DNA of 64,000 nucleotides from Candidatus Multivoradales bacterium (GCA_965223155.1 CBDCVR010000015.1:1152001-1216000); one strand, 5' to 3'. Shown: positions 9,993 to 19,547, counted from the stretch's first letter. Made by a program: numbers and translations. The notes: a model not told the origin generated them from the sequence alone.

Positions 9993-11219
9993 CTAGGGGG
10001 AGCTTGCCGCTCGGGTGATGAGAACCACGGCGACGGTATAGGCGGCGAGCGCCAGTGCCCACAACCAGGGACGAAGCGGCGGCGAGAGTATGGTTTGCTT
10101 CCAGCTCGCAAGCGTGCTTCTGGCTCGTGCCGCGAGCTTCGCCGCGCCTTCCGGAGGGCTGATCCGCGGCCGGGGCATCGAGGACGCCGGGGCGGTCGAA
10201 TCCGTAGCGTCGGCTCCGACTGCCGTCTGGGGCGTCGCTGGGTCGGCGCCGGACGTTGCGGGCGGGTCGGTCTCGGCCGCCGGGGCGGTTGGCGCTGGCT
10301 TCGAGATCGGCGCCGACTGGGGGGTACTAGCTCGAGCAGCCTTGCGCTGAGCTGTGACGGCCGGAGCCTTGGAAGGCTGAGCCCGGGTGGGAACGGGATC
10401 GGAAGCCGGAGCTGGAGACGCCGCAGCTGGACGCGGCTTAGAAGAGGGTTCTCCGCCGGCCGGCTGCGGAGCTGTCGGTTCGGGTCGTGGGTTTCTTTGC
10501 TGGCTTTGCTGGCTCGGCTGGCCTTGAGGACCAGGCGTGCTTTGACGATTCCGAGGCGACGGATCGCTCGCTGCTGTCGCTCCCGACGGGCTGGCCGAGC
10601 GCTCGGAGGCTGGCGCCGGGGCCGGTCGCGCCCAAAGCGGGCCGGCCTTGCCGGGCGGCTTGGGAGTGGACTCGGGGAGTGGCTGGCTTGATTCGACTTC
10701 GGATGGAGGGCTCGCGGCTCTGCTAGCTCTGTTGGCCTTGAACCCCGTGCCGGTCTCGACCTGCCCGGCCGGGCCGGGGGTCCCGGATTCCAGCCCGCGG
10801 GCGATGGCTTCGAGAGTCCGTTGCGCCAGGGAGCGCGCGAAGGTCTGAAGCGGTCCGTCGCCGGCCGATGCCAGACGTCCGCGAATCCGAATATCCGCGT
10901 CGAAGAGCAGGCGCGTGCCTCCGGCTCGGGGCTCGAGCAGGATGATGCCCTCGCCGTCGACCAGCCCCGCCGCACCCATGGCGCCAGCGGTGACCCGGTA
11001 ACTCACCGGCGGGTGTAGATCCTTGAGTTCGAGGGTGCCCTGAAAGTCGCTGGCGATCGAGCCCACCGCGACGCTCAGGGCGCACTCATACTCGCGGGTT
11101 CCGATGGGCTGCACGCGGGCCAGGCCGGGCATGCTGGCGGCCAGAGTCGCGGGGTCGAGGACGGCCCGCCAGACCGCCTCCGGCGCCGCCTTGAATTGGT
11201 GCTCGCCCTGAATCTTCAC
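9993..11219 (-). CDS. coxG: CoxG/SRPBCC family protein with long Pro/Ala/Ser linker and C-terminal membrane anchor
   Basis: MKIQGEHQFKAAPEAVWRAVLDPATLAASMPG and GRLASAG motifs; low-complexity linker; hydrophobic C-terminal helix. Confidence 0.8.
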   Translation of the reverse strand: MKIQGEHQFKAAPEAVWRAVLDPATLAASMPGLARVQPIGTREYECALSVAVGSIASDFQGTLELKDLHPPVSYRVTAGAMGAAGLVDGEGIILLEPRAGGTRLLFDADIRIRGRLASAGDGPLQTFARSLAQRTLEAIARGLESGTPGPAGQVETGTGFKANRASRAASPPSEVESSQPLPESTPKPPGKAGPLWARPAPAPASERSASPSGATAASDPSPRNRQSTPGPQGQPSQQSQQRNPRPEPTAPQPAGGEPSSKPRPAAASPAPASDPVPTRAQPSKAPAVTAQRKAARASTPQSAPISKPAPTAPAAETDPPATSGADPATPQTAVGADATDSTAPASSMPRPRISPPEGAAKLAARARSTLASWKQTILSPPLRPWLWALALAAYTVAVVLITRAASSP

Positions 11220-11397
11220 GGCGCCGGCAAGTTTGCCACACGGCTCGTGATCCGCATGCCCTTGGTGAGCGGTGCGGGCCGGCCGACCTGCTCAGGAGCC
11301 AAGCCCGTAGAATCGTCCTGATGCTTCGATCGCTCCGACAGCCGCGCGCACGACGCCTGCGACGCCTACGATGGCCGCGATGCTCGCGAGAGCCGCG

Positions 11398-11931
11398 ATG
11401 ATGGGACGACTCAGGAAGTTCGCGCGCCTGGGGCGCTCGGAGCGCCGGCTCCTGATCGAGGCCGCTTGGAACCTGGCACGTGCCCGCGCGGCGCTGGCGG
11501 TGGTTCCCTTCCGGCGCATCGCTCCCGGCTTGGGCATCCGTCAAGGCGCCCTGGCGGAGGAAGCCCACGGAGCGGGGATCGACGCGCCGCCGCTGGCGGC
11601 GGGGCCGCCGGAGGCCGAGCGGCTGCCCGACCGCGTCGCCTGGGCCATCGCCCACGCGGCTCCGGCAGTGCCCTGGCAGACGCAGTGTCTGGTGCGGGCG
11701 ATGGCGGCCAAGGCGATGCTGCGGCGGCGGGGCGCTCCGGCGACTCTCTATCTGGGCACCGCTCGAGACGACGAGGGCATCTTCAAGGCCCACGCCTGGC
11801 TCCGGAGCGGCGAGTGCACCGTCACCGGCGGCCGTATCGCCGAGCGCTATTCCGTGATCGCCCAGTTCGCCGAGAGGCCGGCCGAAGAAGCCCTGGCCGA
11901 CTCCGAGCGAGCGTCCAGAAACGAGTGCTGA
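11398..11931 (+). CDS. Lasso peptide B2-like protein (transglutaminase-like cysteine peptidase)
   Basis: CLVRAMA...LYLG...FKAHAWL..G..V.G motif of B2 peptidases; start uncertain (11371-11401). Confidence 0.85.
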   Translation: MMGRLRKFARLGRSERRLLIEAAWNLARARAALAVVPFRRIAPGLGIRQGALAEEAHGAGIDAPPLAAGPPEAERLPDRVAWAIAHAAPAVPWQTQCLVRAMAAKAMLRRRGAPATLYLGTARDDEGIFKAHAWLRSGECTVTGGRIAERYSVIAQFAERPAEEALADSERASRNEC

Positions 11932-11976
11932 CGGGACCGACGCTGGCCGGACGGAACCCGTCGAGCTAGCTCGGCG

Positions 11977-13440
11977 CTAGCGCACCGAGAAATCGACCAC
12001 CAGGGCCAGGTGGTCTGAAGCTCGGTCGGAGTCAGGCCGGTTGAGGCCGGCCTGGCGCAGTGCCTTGCCCGGCAGAAACTTGGTGTCGAGCACGAAGCCG
12101 CGCTCGCGTGCCAAGGCATCGCCGGTATAGAGAACCAGGTCCAAGCGCCCGGGCGCGAAGCGCGAGCTGGCGCGCCGCCAGGTGTAGGCCATGCGCCGGT
12201 GACTGTGACGGAGCGGCTCGTCCCGAAGCGATCCCTCGGCGCGGCCAGGAGCGAAATTGGGACCCTTGCCGGGATCGGTCAGGATGCCGTCGCGGATCGC
12301 CCGGAGCTGGCGGGTGAATCCCACCAGGTTGTAGTCGCCGGCGAAGATCGCGGCGTCCTCGGCATCGATCGAGAACGGGCCCGAGCCGTCGAGGAGATCG
12401 CGCCAGGTGGTCGCCAGGTTGTCGAACTCCCGGTCTCGCTCGACCTCATTGTCGCAGCAAGGCGGGTGCATGTTGAAGAGCACCAGGTCCCGTCCCATGC
12501 GGTTGGGCAGATCGATGTGGGTGACCAGGTTGCCGTCCACCGGGCTCCAGGAGACGATCGGGAAACGGCTCACGGTGATGACGTCGAATTGTTGCTGGGC
12601 GGACCAGGCGCCGCCGAGCACGCCCTCGACGAACTCGCGAGCTCGGGAGGCATTCCAGCCTTCGAGCTCCTGGAAGGCGATGACGTCGGGCTTTGCCGCC
12701 TTGAGGATCCGCCGGAAGACCTCGATGCGGTTGTCGGGGGTCTCCTCGACGTTGAGCGACAGCAGGCGCAGGTCCGTGCCCTTGGCGCGGGCCAAAGGAA
12801 TCGGCGCGGGCTCGTCCGGCCGCGTGCGGGCGAACTTGTAGCGCACCGCGCCGCTCGCAGGAAGCCGGTCGCCGCCCGGGACGGCTTCCTCCAGAAAGAG
12901 TCGGATCTTCTTGCGGCGCTTGGCGCCTTCGACCGGACGGAAGGCTTCCGGCAGCTCGATGCGGATCTCGAACTGGCTGGATGAGTGGGTGGGCATGCCC
13001 AGAGCCGACCCGGTGCCGGGCGAGACCAAGGTCTCGTGGCCCCGGGCGTCGTAGCGCCGCACCGAGCGGCCGCCGAAGCGGACCTCGAGATCGACTCCCA
13101 GGGCCCCGACCGGAAGACCGGTGCCCCGCTTGTTGTCGAGATCCAGATACAAGCGCAGATCGTTGCCGGCGTCGCCCTCGGGTGGATTCTGGAGGATGGT
13201 CTCCCGCCCGACTTCGAGGCGGAGATAAAGGGCCTCTCCGTCGTCGCCCAGCCACAGCCGGCCCAAGTCGAGACCTCCCGCCGGCCCGTCGCCGGAAGCG
13301 TCCTTCCTGCCCAGCTTGGCGCCCCGCCACTCATCGAAGCGTCCATCGGGAACGCCGGCAAGCTGCTTAGCCTCAGCCGTTCCGGACGAGACCAGCAGGG
13401 TCAGCGTCAGAACCGCCAGCGCTGGGGCGAAACGCGGCAC
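11977..13440 (-). CDS. Secreted endonuclease/exonuclease/phosphatase family protein
   Basis: Signal peptide; LLSLNV, PDVIAFQE, AGDYN, RLDLVLY and SDHLALVVDF motifs. Confidence 0.88.
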   Translation of the reverse strand: MPRFAPALAVLTLTLLVSSGTAEAKQLAGVPDGRFDEWRGAKLGRKDASGDGPAGGLDLGRLWLGDDGEALYLRLEVGRETILQNPPEGDAGNDLRLYLDLDNKRGTGLPVGALGVDLEVRFGGRSVRRYDARGHETLVSPGTGSALGMPTHSSSQFEIRIELPEAFRPVEGAKRRKKIRLFLEEAVPGGDRLPASGAVRYKFARTRPDEPAPIPLARAKGTDLRLLSLNVEETPDNRIEVFRRILKAAKPDVIAFQELEGWNASRAREFVEGVLGGAWSAQQQFDVITVSRFPIVSWSPVDGNLVTHIDLPNRMGRDLVLFNMHPPCCDNEVERDREFDNLATTWRDLLDGSGPFSIDAEDAAIFAGDYNLVGFTRQLRAIRDGILTDPGKGPNFAPGRAEGSLRDEPLRHSHRRMAYTWRRASSRFAPGRLDLVLYTGDALARERGFVLDTKFLPGKALRQAGLNRPDSDRASDHLALVVDFSVR

Positions 13441-13641
13441 GGCGCGACTCTACCAAGCAGGCTATGCATGGGCGTCGGCACCTAATCTTGCGGCTGGATC
13501 CTCTTGTTGCGAGTGGCCGAAATTCGAGGCTCCCGACGTCGAGCACCTCAAGGGTTCGGACCTCGACGGGAGACAATTTGATGGTGCGAGCCAGGATTGG
13601 GGCGCGAGCATGAGGCGCTTCGCTGCGCCGAGACCTCCTGC

Positions 13642-14037
13642 CTAGTAGGTAAGGACCTCGAGATTCGGGACGCGGCCGAAGTGACCGTGGTTCCGGGTCA
13701 CGAGCGGCAAGCCCTGCGCGCGGGCCGTGGCCGCGATCCACAAGTCGTTGGTACCAATGAGGAGACCATTACGGGCGAGAAATCGATAGTTCTCTCCGTA
13801 GTGCCAGCTGACCTCGAGCGACCACGGAAGAACTTCGAAGGAGCTCAGGAATCTCCGCCACCGAGACGAGTCGGCCAGAGACTGCCCGGCGGCCAGCTCG
13901 CCGGCAATCGTAAACGTTATGGCCAAGCGTGCGTCGCTGCGCTCTTCGAGGAAGGTCTGAGCCGGGCCGGACTCGCCCCGAGCCAGCTCCCGATCGAGAT
14001 CGATCAGAAACGTGGTCTCAAGAATCAGGTCCGCCAC
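13642..14037 (-). CDS. vapC: VapC PIN-domain toxin
   Basis: LILETTFLIDL, GEL, IGTNDLWIAATA, LVTRN..HF..VP.L PIN motifs; overlaps the antitoxin gene. Confidence 0.9.
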   Translation of the reverse strand: MADLILETTFLIDLDRELARGESGPAQTFLEERSDARLAITFTIAGELAAGQSLADSSRWRRFLSSFEVLPWSLEVSWHYGENYRFLARNGLLIGTNDLWIAATARAQGLPLVTRNHGHFGRVPNLEVLTY

Positions 14038-14261
14038 TTGTCTACCGGAGGAGCATCCTGGGACTTGGAGCGATCGATGTCCTCGAGCGAGAGCACGGAC
14101 TCACGCCGCCGGCACGCTTCGAGAAACTCCCCAGCGGTCTTCGGTTCCTCGGGCCACATCCCGCGCAGAACGACCTGGCTGAAGGACTCGTCCGGACTGC
14201 GCTTGGCCCTCTTGAGCTTCTCGTAGGCTGCGATCTTGAGGGAGATGGTCTTGGTGGCCAT
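14025..14261 (-). CDS. vapB: VapB-family antitoxin
   Basis: MATKTISLKIAAYEKLKRAKRSPDESFSQVVLR matches the KTIxL..AYE.L...K..ESFS.V antitoxin pattern; directly upstream of the PIN toxin. Confidence 0.85.
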   Translation of the reverse strand: MATKTISLKIAAYEKLKRAKRSPDESFSQVVLRGMWPEEPKTAGEFLEACRRRESVLSLEDIDRSKSQDAPPVDKWRT

Positions 14262-14395
14262 GCACAGATCATGCATGGTGCACTTTTGGGTGTCAAGCGT
14301 TGCCGCTCCCGGACGAAGGCTTGTCGGGAGAAACGCCGAAGCCCACTAGGGAAACCGACTCTGAGCGCCGCCAAGTCTCGCGGCGCTGCCTGCCC

Positions 14396-17149
14396 CTAGT
14401 CGCCGATCGGCTGGCCGTCGGCGTCCATGAGTTGGATGTCGGCGATCCCGAGCTCCTCGATGCCGGCCGCCACCTTGGCGCGGTCGCCGACGATGACCCA
14501 GACCACGTCGTCAGGGTGCAGGACGGACTCGGCGGCCGCCATGACCGCGGGTTGATCGACCGCCCGGACCTTGCCGGCGTACGAGTCGAAGTGGTCGTCC
14601 TCGTAGCCGAAGCGCACCAGCTCGGCGAGCGAGCCGGCGACATCCGAGACAGTTTCCCACTGTCCAGGGAGGGTCAGGGTGCGGCTGTCGATGGCCCGCG
14701 CGACTTCTTCGTCGGTCGCCGGCATGTCGCCCAGGAGTCCGCGCAGCTCTTTGGTGAGCTCGGCGATCGATTCCTTGGTCTTGTCGGTCTGGACGGGAGC
14801 GTAGGCCAGGAAGAGGCGCTGGCCGCGGGCGCCCGGGATGAAGGTGCCGGCGCCGTAGGACCAGCCCTTGTCCTCACGCAGGTTCATGTTGACGCGGGCG
14901 GTGAAGTCTCCGCCCAGAACGGTGTTCATGGTCTCGATCGCGACCTCGTCCGGGTTCGACTTGGGCGGCGCCAGGTGTCCGGCGAGCAGGATCGACTGCT
15001 CCGAGTCCGGGCGGTCGATGAGATAGATCCGCTGGCCTTCCAGAATCGCCACCTCCGAGATGTCCTTGGCCGGGGCCTCGACCGCTGCCCAGTCGCCGAA
15101 TCGCTCCTGGATCAGGGGGACGATCTCGCCCAGGGTGGTGTCACCCACAACCACCAGCTTGGCGTTGTTGGGCCCGAAGAGCGTCGAATGGAACCCGGTG
15201 AGCGTGTCCCGGGTGATCGAGGCAACCGAAGCCTCCGTGCCCGAGCCGGTGAGCGGATTCGAGTAGGCGTGGCCTTCGCCGTAGAGGAGTCCCGGAAACA
15301 CCCGGAGCGCCATCTGGATGGGAGTCGCCTTCTCGCGCTGGATGCGGGCAATCTGTTGCTGCTTCAGGCGTTCCAGCTCGGCCTCGGGGAAGGACGGGTT
15401 GCGGACCACGTCGGCAAGGAGATCCAGGGAGTCTCCCAGGTTGGTCTTGAGCGCTGAGAGCCGCACCGCGGAGAGGTCCAGGTTCGAAGAGGACCCGAGC
15501 TCGGCCCCGAGCATGGCGAGCTCGTCCGAGAGCTCGAGAGCCGTGCGCGAGGTCGTGCCCTCATCCAGCATGTCCATCGCCAGCCGGGCGGTGCCGGGCA
15601 CGGCGTGCTGATCCGAGGCGTAGCCGGCGTCTACCAGCAGGCGAAGCTCGACCAGGGGTGCGGCGTGCCGCTCGGCCAGGAGGATCTCGAGGCCGTTGGC
15701 GAGCTGCGTCCGCTGGATGTCCGGGAAGTCGGCCGAAGGAGCTTCGCCGGTGTCCGGTAGCTCTGAGCGGTCGGCGCCCTCGGCTGCCGCCTGGTAGTTG
15801 CCGAACGGAACGACGTTGATGGCGAGCTCGCCGTCGGCAAGCCAGCGCGCGGCGGCCGCCTGAACGTCTTCGGCCGTCGCCGACTTGGCCCACTCCAGCC
15901 GCTTCTTGTAGTAGCCGGGGTCGCCGCCGTAGACCTGGTGGCGGGCCAGAAGGTCCGACTTGCCGCCGAAGCCGCCGATGCCCTCGATGTCGCGGACGAA
16001 CTCGGCGAAGAGCTGGGTCTTGGCGCGGCCGAGCTCCTCGTCGGTCGGGCCTTCCGCGATCAGGCGGGCGAGCTCCTCGTCGAGCGCGGCCTCGACCGCG
16101 GCAAGATCGCCGCCGGGCTGGGCCGTGGCCATCAGGATGAAGCCGCCGGCCAGCTCGAAGGGCCAGATCCACGCGCTGACGTCGGTCGCGGTGCGGTCGT
16201 CGTAGACCAGTCGCTTGAACAGACGCGAGGTCTTGCCATCGGCCAGGACACGGGTGGCGAGCTCCAGGAGCTCGGCGTCGCGGGTGCCCCACTCGGCCAC
16301 GTTCCACTGCTTGTAGACGCGGGCCTGTGCCACCCGATCCTGAAGGACTTCACGGTGGGAGCCCGTGCGCTTGGCAACCCAGGTCTCGGGCTGTTGCACC
16401 GGCGGTCCGGACGGAATGTCGCCAAAGTAGAGCTGGGCTTTCTCGCGGGCGGTCTCGACGTCGATGTCGCCGGCCAGGACCAGGACAGCGTTGGCGGCAC
16501 CGTAGTAGGTCTTGAACCACTCGTGCACGTCCTCGAGGGAGGCGGCGTTCAGGTCGTCCATCGATCCGATGGTCGACCACGAATAAGGATGAGCGGCCGG
16601 AAACGCGGCCCGCGGCATGAGCTCCCAGACCTTGCCGTAGGGCTGGTTCAAGCCCTGGCGCTTCTCGTTCTGGACGACGCCGCGCTGCTCGTCCAGGCGT
16701 TCTTGATCGACGGCGCCCAGCATGTGGCCCATGCGGTCCGACTCCATCCACAGGGTCAGGTCGAGGGCGTTGGTGGGCACGTTCTGGAAGTAGTTGGTGC
16801 GGTCGAACCAAGTCGTGCCGTTCAGCTCGGTGGCGCCGATCCGCTCCATGATCCGGAAGTAGTCGTCGTTGTAGTTCTCCGAGCCGTTGAACATCAGGTG
16901 CTCGAAGAGATGGGCGAAGCCCGTGCGCCCGGGCTTCTCGTTCTTCGACCCGACGTGGTACCAGATGTTGACCGCGACGATTGGCGCTTTGTGGTCTTCG
17001 TGGACGATGACGGTGAGACCGTTGTCCAGGGTGAACGCCTCGTAGGCGACGTCGGGAATCTCGAACTCGGCGGCTGCCGGAGTTGCCGGGGCCAGGGTCG
17101 TAAGGGCTGCCATCAGAGCCAGAGCCAGGGCCAGGAGCGAGTTGCGCAT
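14396..17149 (-). CDS. M16 family zinc metallopeptidase (PqqL/pitrilysin-like), secreted
   Basis: GFAHLFEHLMFNGS (HxxEH); duplicated M16 architecture; NLREDKGWSYGA; signal peptide; AAGGAG RBS before ATG 17149. Confidence 0.95.
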   Translation of the reverse strand: MRNSLLALALALMAALTTLAPATPAAAEFEIPDVAYEAFTLDNGLTVIVHEDHKAPIVAVNIWYHVGSKNEKPGRTGFAHLFEHLMFNGSENYNDDYFRIMERIGATELNGTTWFDRTNYFQNVPTNALDLTLWMESDRMGHMLGAVDQERLDEQRGVVQNEKRQGLNQPYGKVWELMPRAAFPAAHPYSWSTIGSMDDLNAASLEDVHEWFKTYYGAANAVLVLAGDIDVETAREKAQLYFGDIPSGPPVQQPETWVAKRTGSHREVLQDRVAQARVYKQWNVAEWGTRDAELLELATRVLADGKTSRLFKRLVYDDRTATDVSAWIWPFELAGGFILMATAQPGGDLAAVEAALDEELARLIAEGPTDEELGRAKTQLFAEFVRDIEGIGGFGGKSDLLARHQVYGGDPGYYKKRLEWAKSATAEDVQAAAARWLADGELAINVVPFGNYQAAAEGADRSELPDTGEAPSADFPDIQRTQLANGLEILLAERHAAPLVELRLLVDAGYASDQHAVPGTARLAMDMLDEGTTSRTALELSDELAMLGAELGSSSNLDLSAVRLSALKTNLGDSLDLLADVVRNPSFPEAELERLKQQQIARIQREKATPIQMALRVFPGLLYGEGHAYSNPLTGSGTEASVASITRDTLTGFHSTLFGPNNAKLVVVGDTTLGEIVPLIQERFGDWAAVEAPAKDISEVAILEGQRIYLIDRPDSEQSILLAGHLAPPKSNPDEVAIETMNTVLGGDFTARVNMNLREDKGWSYGAGTFIPGARGQRLFLAYAPVQTDKTKESIAELTKELRGLLGDMPATDEEVARAIDSRTLTLPGQWETVSDVAGSLAELVRFGYEDDHFDSYAGKVRAVDQPAVMAAAESVLHPDDVVWVIVGDRAKVAAGIEELGIADIQLMDADGQPIGD

Positions 17150-17461
17150 GTCGGGAGTCTCCTTCTGAACTGTGCGGGATCGGTACGGATACGGGCGTCG
17201 GGCTCGGCGCGGCCGGCGAACGCCGGACTGGCGAGTATATCGGGCCAACACGGGGATGAATTGCGCGGATTAGGTCGGGCCGAGTCGGTTCGGAGGCGGC
17301 CGATCTGCGGCCCTGGCAGGCATCGAACTGCGTGCCCTGGGCAGTGCCAGACGGGAGTTGGAGCGGCCGGCCTCTCAGCGGTCCGGATCCGCAGTGGACG
17401 TTCGCCCTGCGGACAAGGTTGGCGGCCCCTTCGGGACTGGTCTTCTTGGCAAATTGGATCG

Positions 17462-17665
17462 ATGGCGGGGGGCGACAAACAGTACGCAGAGCGCTTGGCA
17501 ACGACCCTCGATTTGTTCGTCGCCGGAGAGGAGATCATGCGGCAGAATCTCCGTCGCCGCAATCCAGGAAAGTCTCCCGAAGAGATTCGGGCCCTCCTCG
17601 ACGCCTGGCTTCGACACAGGCCGGGGGCCGAATTCGGTGACTGCGTTGGAGTTCGCCGACTCTAG
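17462..17665 (+). CDS. Small MenA1/Rv0078B-like antitoxin (orphan)
   Basis: 67 aa AERLATTLDLFVAGEEIMRQNLRRRNP..EEIRALLDAWLRHRPGAEFGD resembles, from memory, M. tuberculosis Rv0078B (..LDMYEVGEQMQR..IDAW..RPGAEEGD). Confidence 0.65.
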   Translation: MAGGDKQYAERLATTLDLFVAGEEIMRQNLRRRNPGKSPEEIRALLDAWLRHRPGAEFGDCVGVRRL

Positions 17666-18225
17666 CCGGGGTCCTGCGATTCGGCCTGATTCTCGAACCG
17701 CAGGCTCTCGAGCGCTGCGGCGATGTCTCGATAGACCGCCGCGCAACCCTCGACACCGGCGGCGTAAGGGTCGCGGAACTCGCCCCGGCGAGTCGAAGAC
17801 AGGACTCCGAAGCGAACCGCCTTGGACTTTGCTTCCGGGAATCTCCGGGTCAACTCGGAGAAGAGCCATTCGTCGAAGACCGCCACGGCGTCGGCCCACG
17901 CCACGGCGGAAGCATCGGTCGCGCTCGATCGGTGGCCGTCGAGGTCGAACCCGAGCTTGCGGGCGGCCTTGCGGGCGTGCTCGGGCGTCGAGCGCCCCTC
18001 CTTTTCGAGAAAGCCGGTCGAACGCACCTCGATCTCCGGTCGGTGGGTCCGGATCCAGACCTCGGCAAAGGGGCTCCGGCAGATGTTGCCGTGGCAGACG
18101 AAGAGAACCCGCCGGGCGCCTTCCATTTGGCGCCGAGCGCCCTCCGTGCGCGCCGCGCGCAAGGGCGTGGAGTTGGGCAGAGTCAGCACCGGCCCGAGAA
18201 GGCGTCGTCGGATTCGCTCCCACAT
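17662..18225 (-). CDS. Low-molecular-weight protein-tyrosine phosphatase (Wzb-like)
   Basis: VLFVCHGNICRSPFAE (CxGNxCRS) and DPY motifs. Confidence 0.9.
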   Translation of the reverse strand: MWERIRRRLLGPVLTLPNSTPLRAARTEGARRQMEGARRVLFVCHGNICRSPFAEVWIRTHRPEIEVRSTGFLEKEGRSTPEHARKAARKLGFDLDGHRSSATDASAVAWADAVAVFDEWLFSELTRRFPEAKSKAVRFGVLSSTRRGEFRDPYAAGVEGCAAVYRDIAAALESLRFENQAESQDPG

Positions 18226-18339
18226 GGCCCTAGTATCGCCGCTTTATCCCTGGGGGGCGGTACGGAATAGGTATCCTTCTATGAGTCGGTCGGTTGGCGT
18301 CAAGAGTTTCGTTTCTTCTTTTTGTAGTTTTCCTTAGGT

Positions 18340-18505
18340 TTGGATCGAGGCTTGGGACGAGCTTCTATTCGCACTCTGTAGGGTTCTTCTTTGAACCGGT
18401 GCATGGTGAGTTTTGCGTCCGTTTAGGAATCGATGCTCCCATCTGTCACACGGTGTCGGGGCCACCAAGGATACTTTCGGAGTCATCGAACCTCTCAATC
18501 CGTCC
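18340..18505 (-). ncRNA. Predicted bridge/seek RNA of the IS1111-type element
   Basis: Hand-folded. Basal stem 18342-18349/18494-18501. Target loop closed by 18430-18439/18479-18489 with guides GUAUCCUU and GUGACAGA matching the insertion site. Donor loop closed by 18355-18359/18416-18420. Ends approximate. Confidence 0.8.
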
Positions 18506-18533
18506 TTGCTTGTTGGTCGTCTAGTTATCTCTT

Positions 18534-19547
18534 CTACGCTGCCTTGGGAAAGGCTCGGAAGCTCTCACCTGTCACCCACAGCCTGTGGAGCAACACCGCG
18601 ATCTTCCTAGCTAGCGCGACCACGGCCTTGCCCTTACCCAGCCTCTCGACCAGGCCCTCAGCCCATCTCTTGAGTGACGACTCTTTGCGACAGTTCAACG
18701 CCGCATGAGCTGCCTGCACCAAGAGTCTGCGCATCTCCGAGTCGCCCTCGCGAGTGATCCGGCCCCTGACCTCATGCCCTCCTGAGCTGCGAAGCGACGG
18801 TCTCAAGCCCAGACACGCTCCGACGTCGCGGCTTTTCTCGAACCGATCCGGACGATCCATCCAGCCGACGAACGCAAGGCTCACCAGAGGCCCCACACCA
18901 GGAACCGTCTGCAGCCGACGGACCAGCTCGTTTGATCTCGACTCGGAGATGAGGTCGTCTTCGAGATGGTGGATCCGATCGGTCAGCTCGCCGATTGTCG
19001 TTACCAGAGGTTCGAGCGCTCCCAACAGGCCGGCTTCGACCGACATCGACGCGTACCGAGCCACGAAGCTCTTCGCCGGACATGAGGGCACTCGGTAGCC
19101 CTGTGCCCGCAGCGTTCCGCGTACGGAGTTGATCAGCGAGGTCCTGGTCTTCACCAGACTCGTTCGGACCCGAAGACGCGTCCGAAGCTCTTGGGCCTCA
19201 CCTGTGCGCTGGTAGACTGGTCGAAGCAAACCCAGATCCAACCGGCTCAAACGAGCCAGGATCTCGGCGTCGATTCCGTCCGTCTTCAGGGTCGATTCCG
19301 CGATCAGACGTACCCGGCGTGGATTGACCACCATCACCTCATGGCCGAGCTCAGACAGCAGTCGATAGACCCAGGGTGTGACCGGACCGCTCTCGAGCGT
19401 CACCTGCGAGCGTTCCCGATTGGCGAAGAACCTTCGCAGGCCCGTCTCGGTCGTCGGAACCCGCCGGCGAACCGTCACCTCACCGTCTTCTGATACGCCA
19501 CACACCTCGCTGTACTTCGAGTGAACATCGATGCCAAGATACTCCAT
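18534..19547 (-). CDS. IS110-family DEDD recombinase/transposase
   Basis: YLGIDVH, TLES, KTDGIDAE (RuvC-like DEDD); TVPGVG; GLRPSLRSSGG (catalytic Ser region); VALARK; AAGGAG RBS before ATG 19547. Confidence 0.96.
   Translation of the reverse strand: MEYLGIDVHSKYSEVCGVSEDGEVTVRRRVPTTETGLRRFFANRERSQVTLESGPVTPWVYRLLSELGHEVMVVNPRRVRLIAESTLKTDGIDAEILARLSRLDLGLLRPVYQRTGEAQELRTRLRVRTSLVKTRTSLINSVRGTLRAQGYRVPSCPAKSFVARYASMSVEAGLLGALEPLVTTIGELTDRIHHLEDDLISESRSNELVRRLQTVPGVGPLVSLAFVGWMDRPDRFEKSRDVGACLGLRPSLRSSGGHEVRGRITREGDSEMRRLLVQAAHAALNCRKESSLKRWAEGLVERLGKGKAVVALARKIAVLLHRLWVTGESFRAFPKAA

Noticed and set aside
8870-10975. 701-aa XdhC fusion ORF
   Set aside because: The upstream half is an alternative frame of the coxG linker; XdhC starts at ATG 9988.
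15938-17461. Long antisense ORFs such as 15938-17665, 19649-21514, 8294-10018 and 55484-57154
   Set aside because: These are shadow frames of high-GC genes with no motifs. Only the last 67 codons of 15938-17665 look like a real gene.
18278-18280. Classical target-site duplication by a DDE transposase
   Set aside because: The repeated TCT is better explained as the shared recombination core of an IS110-family element.
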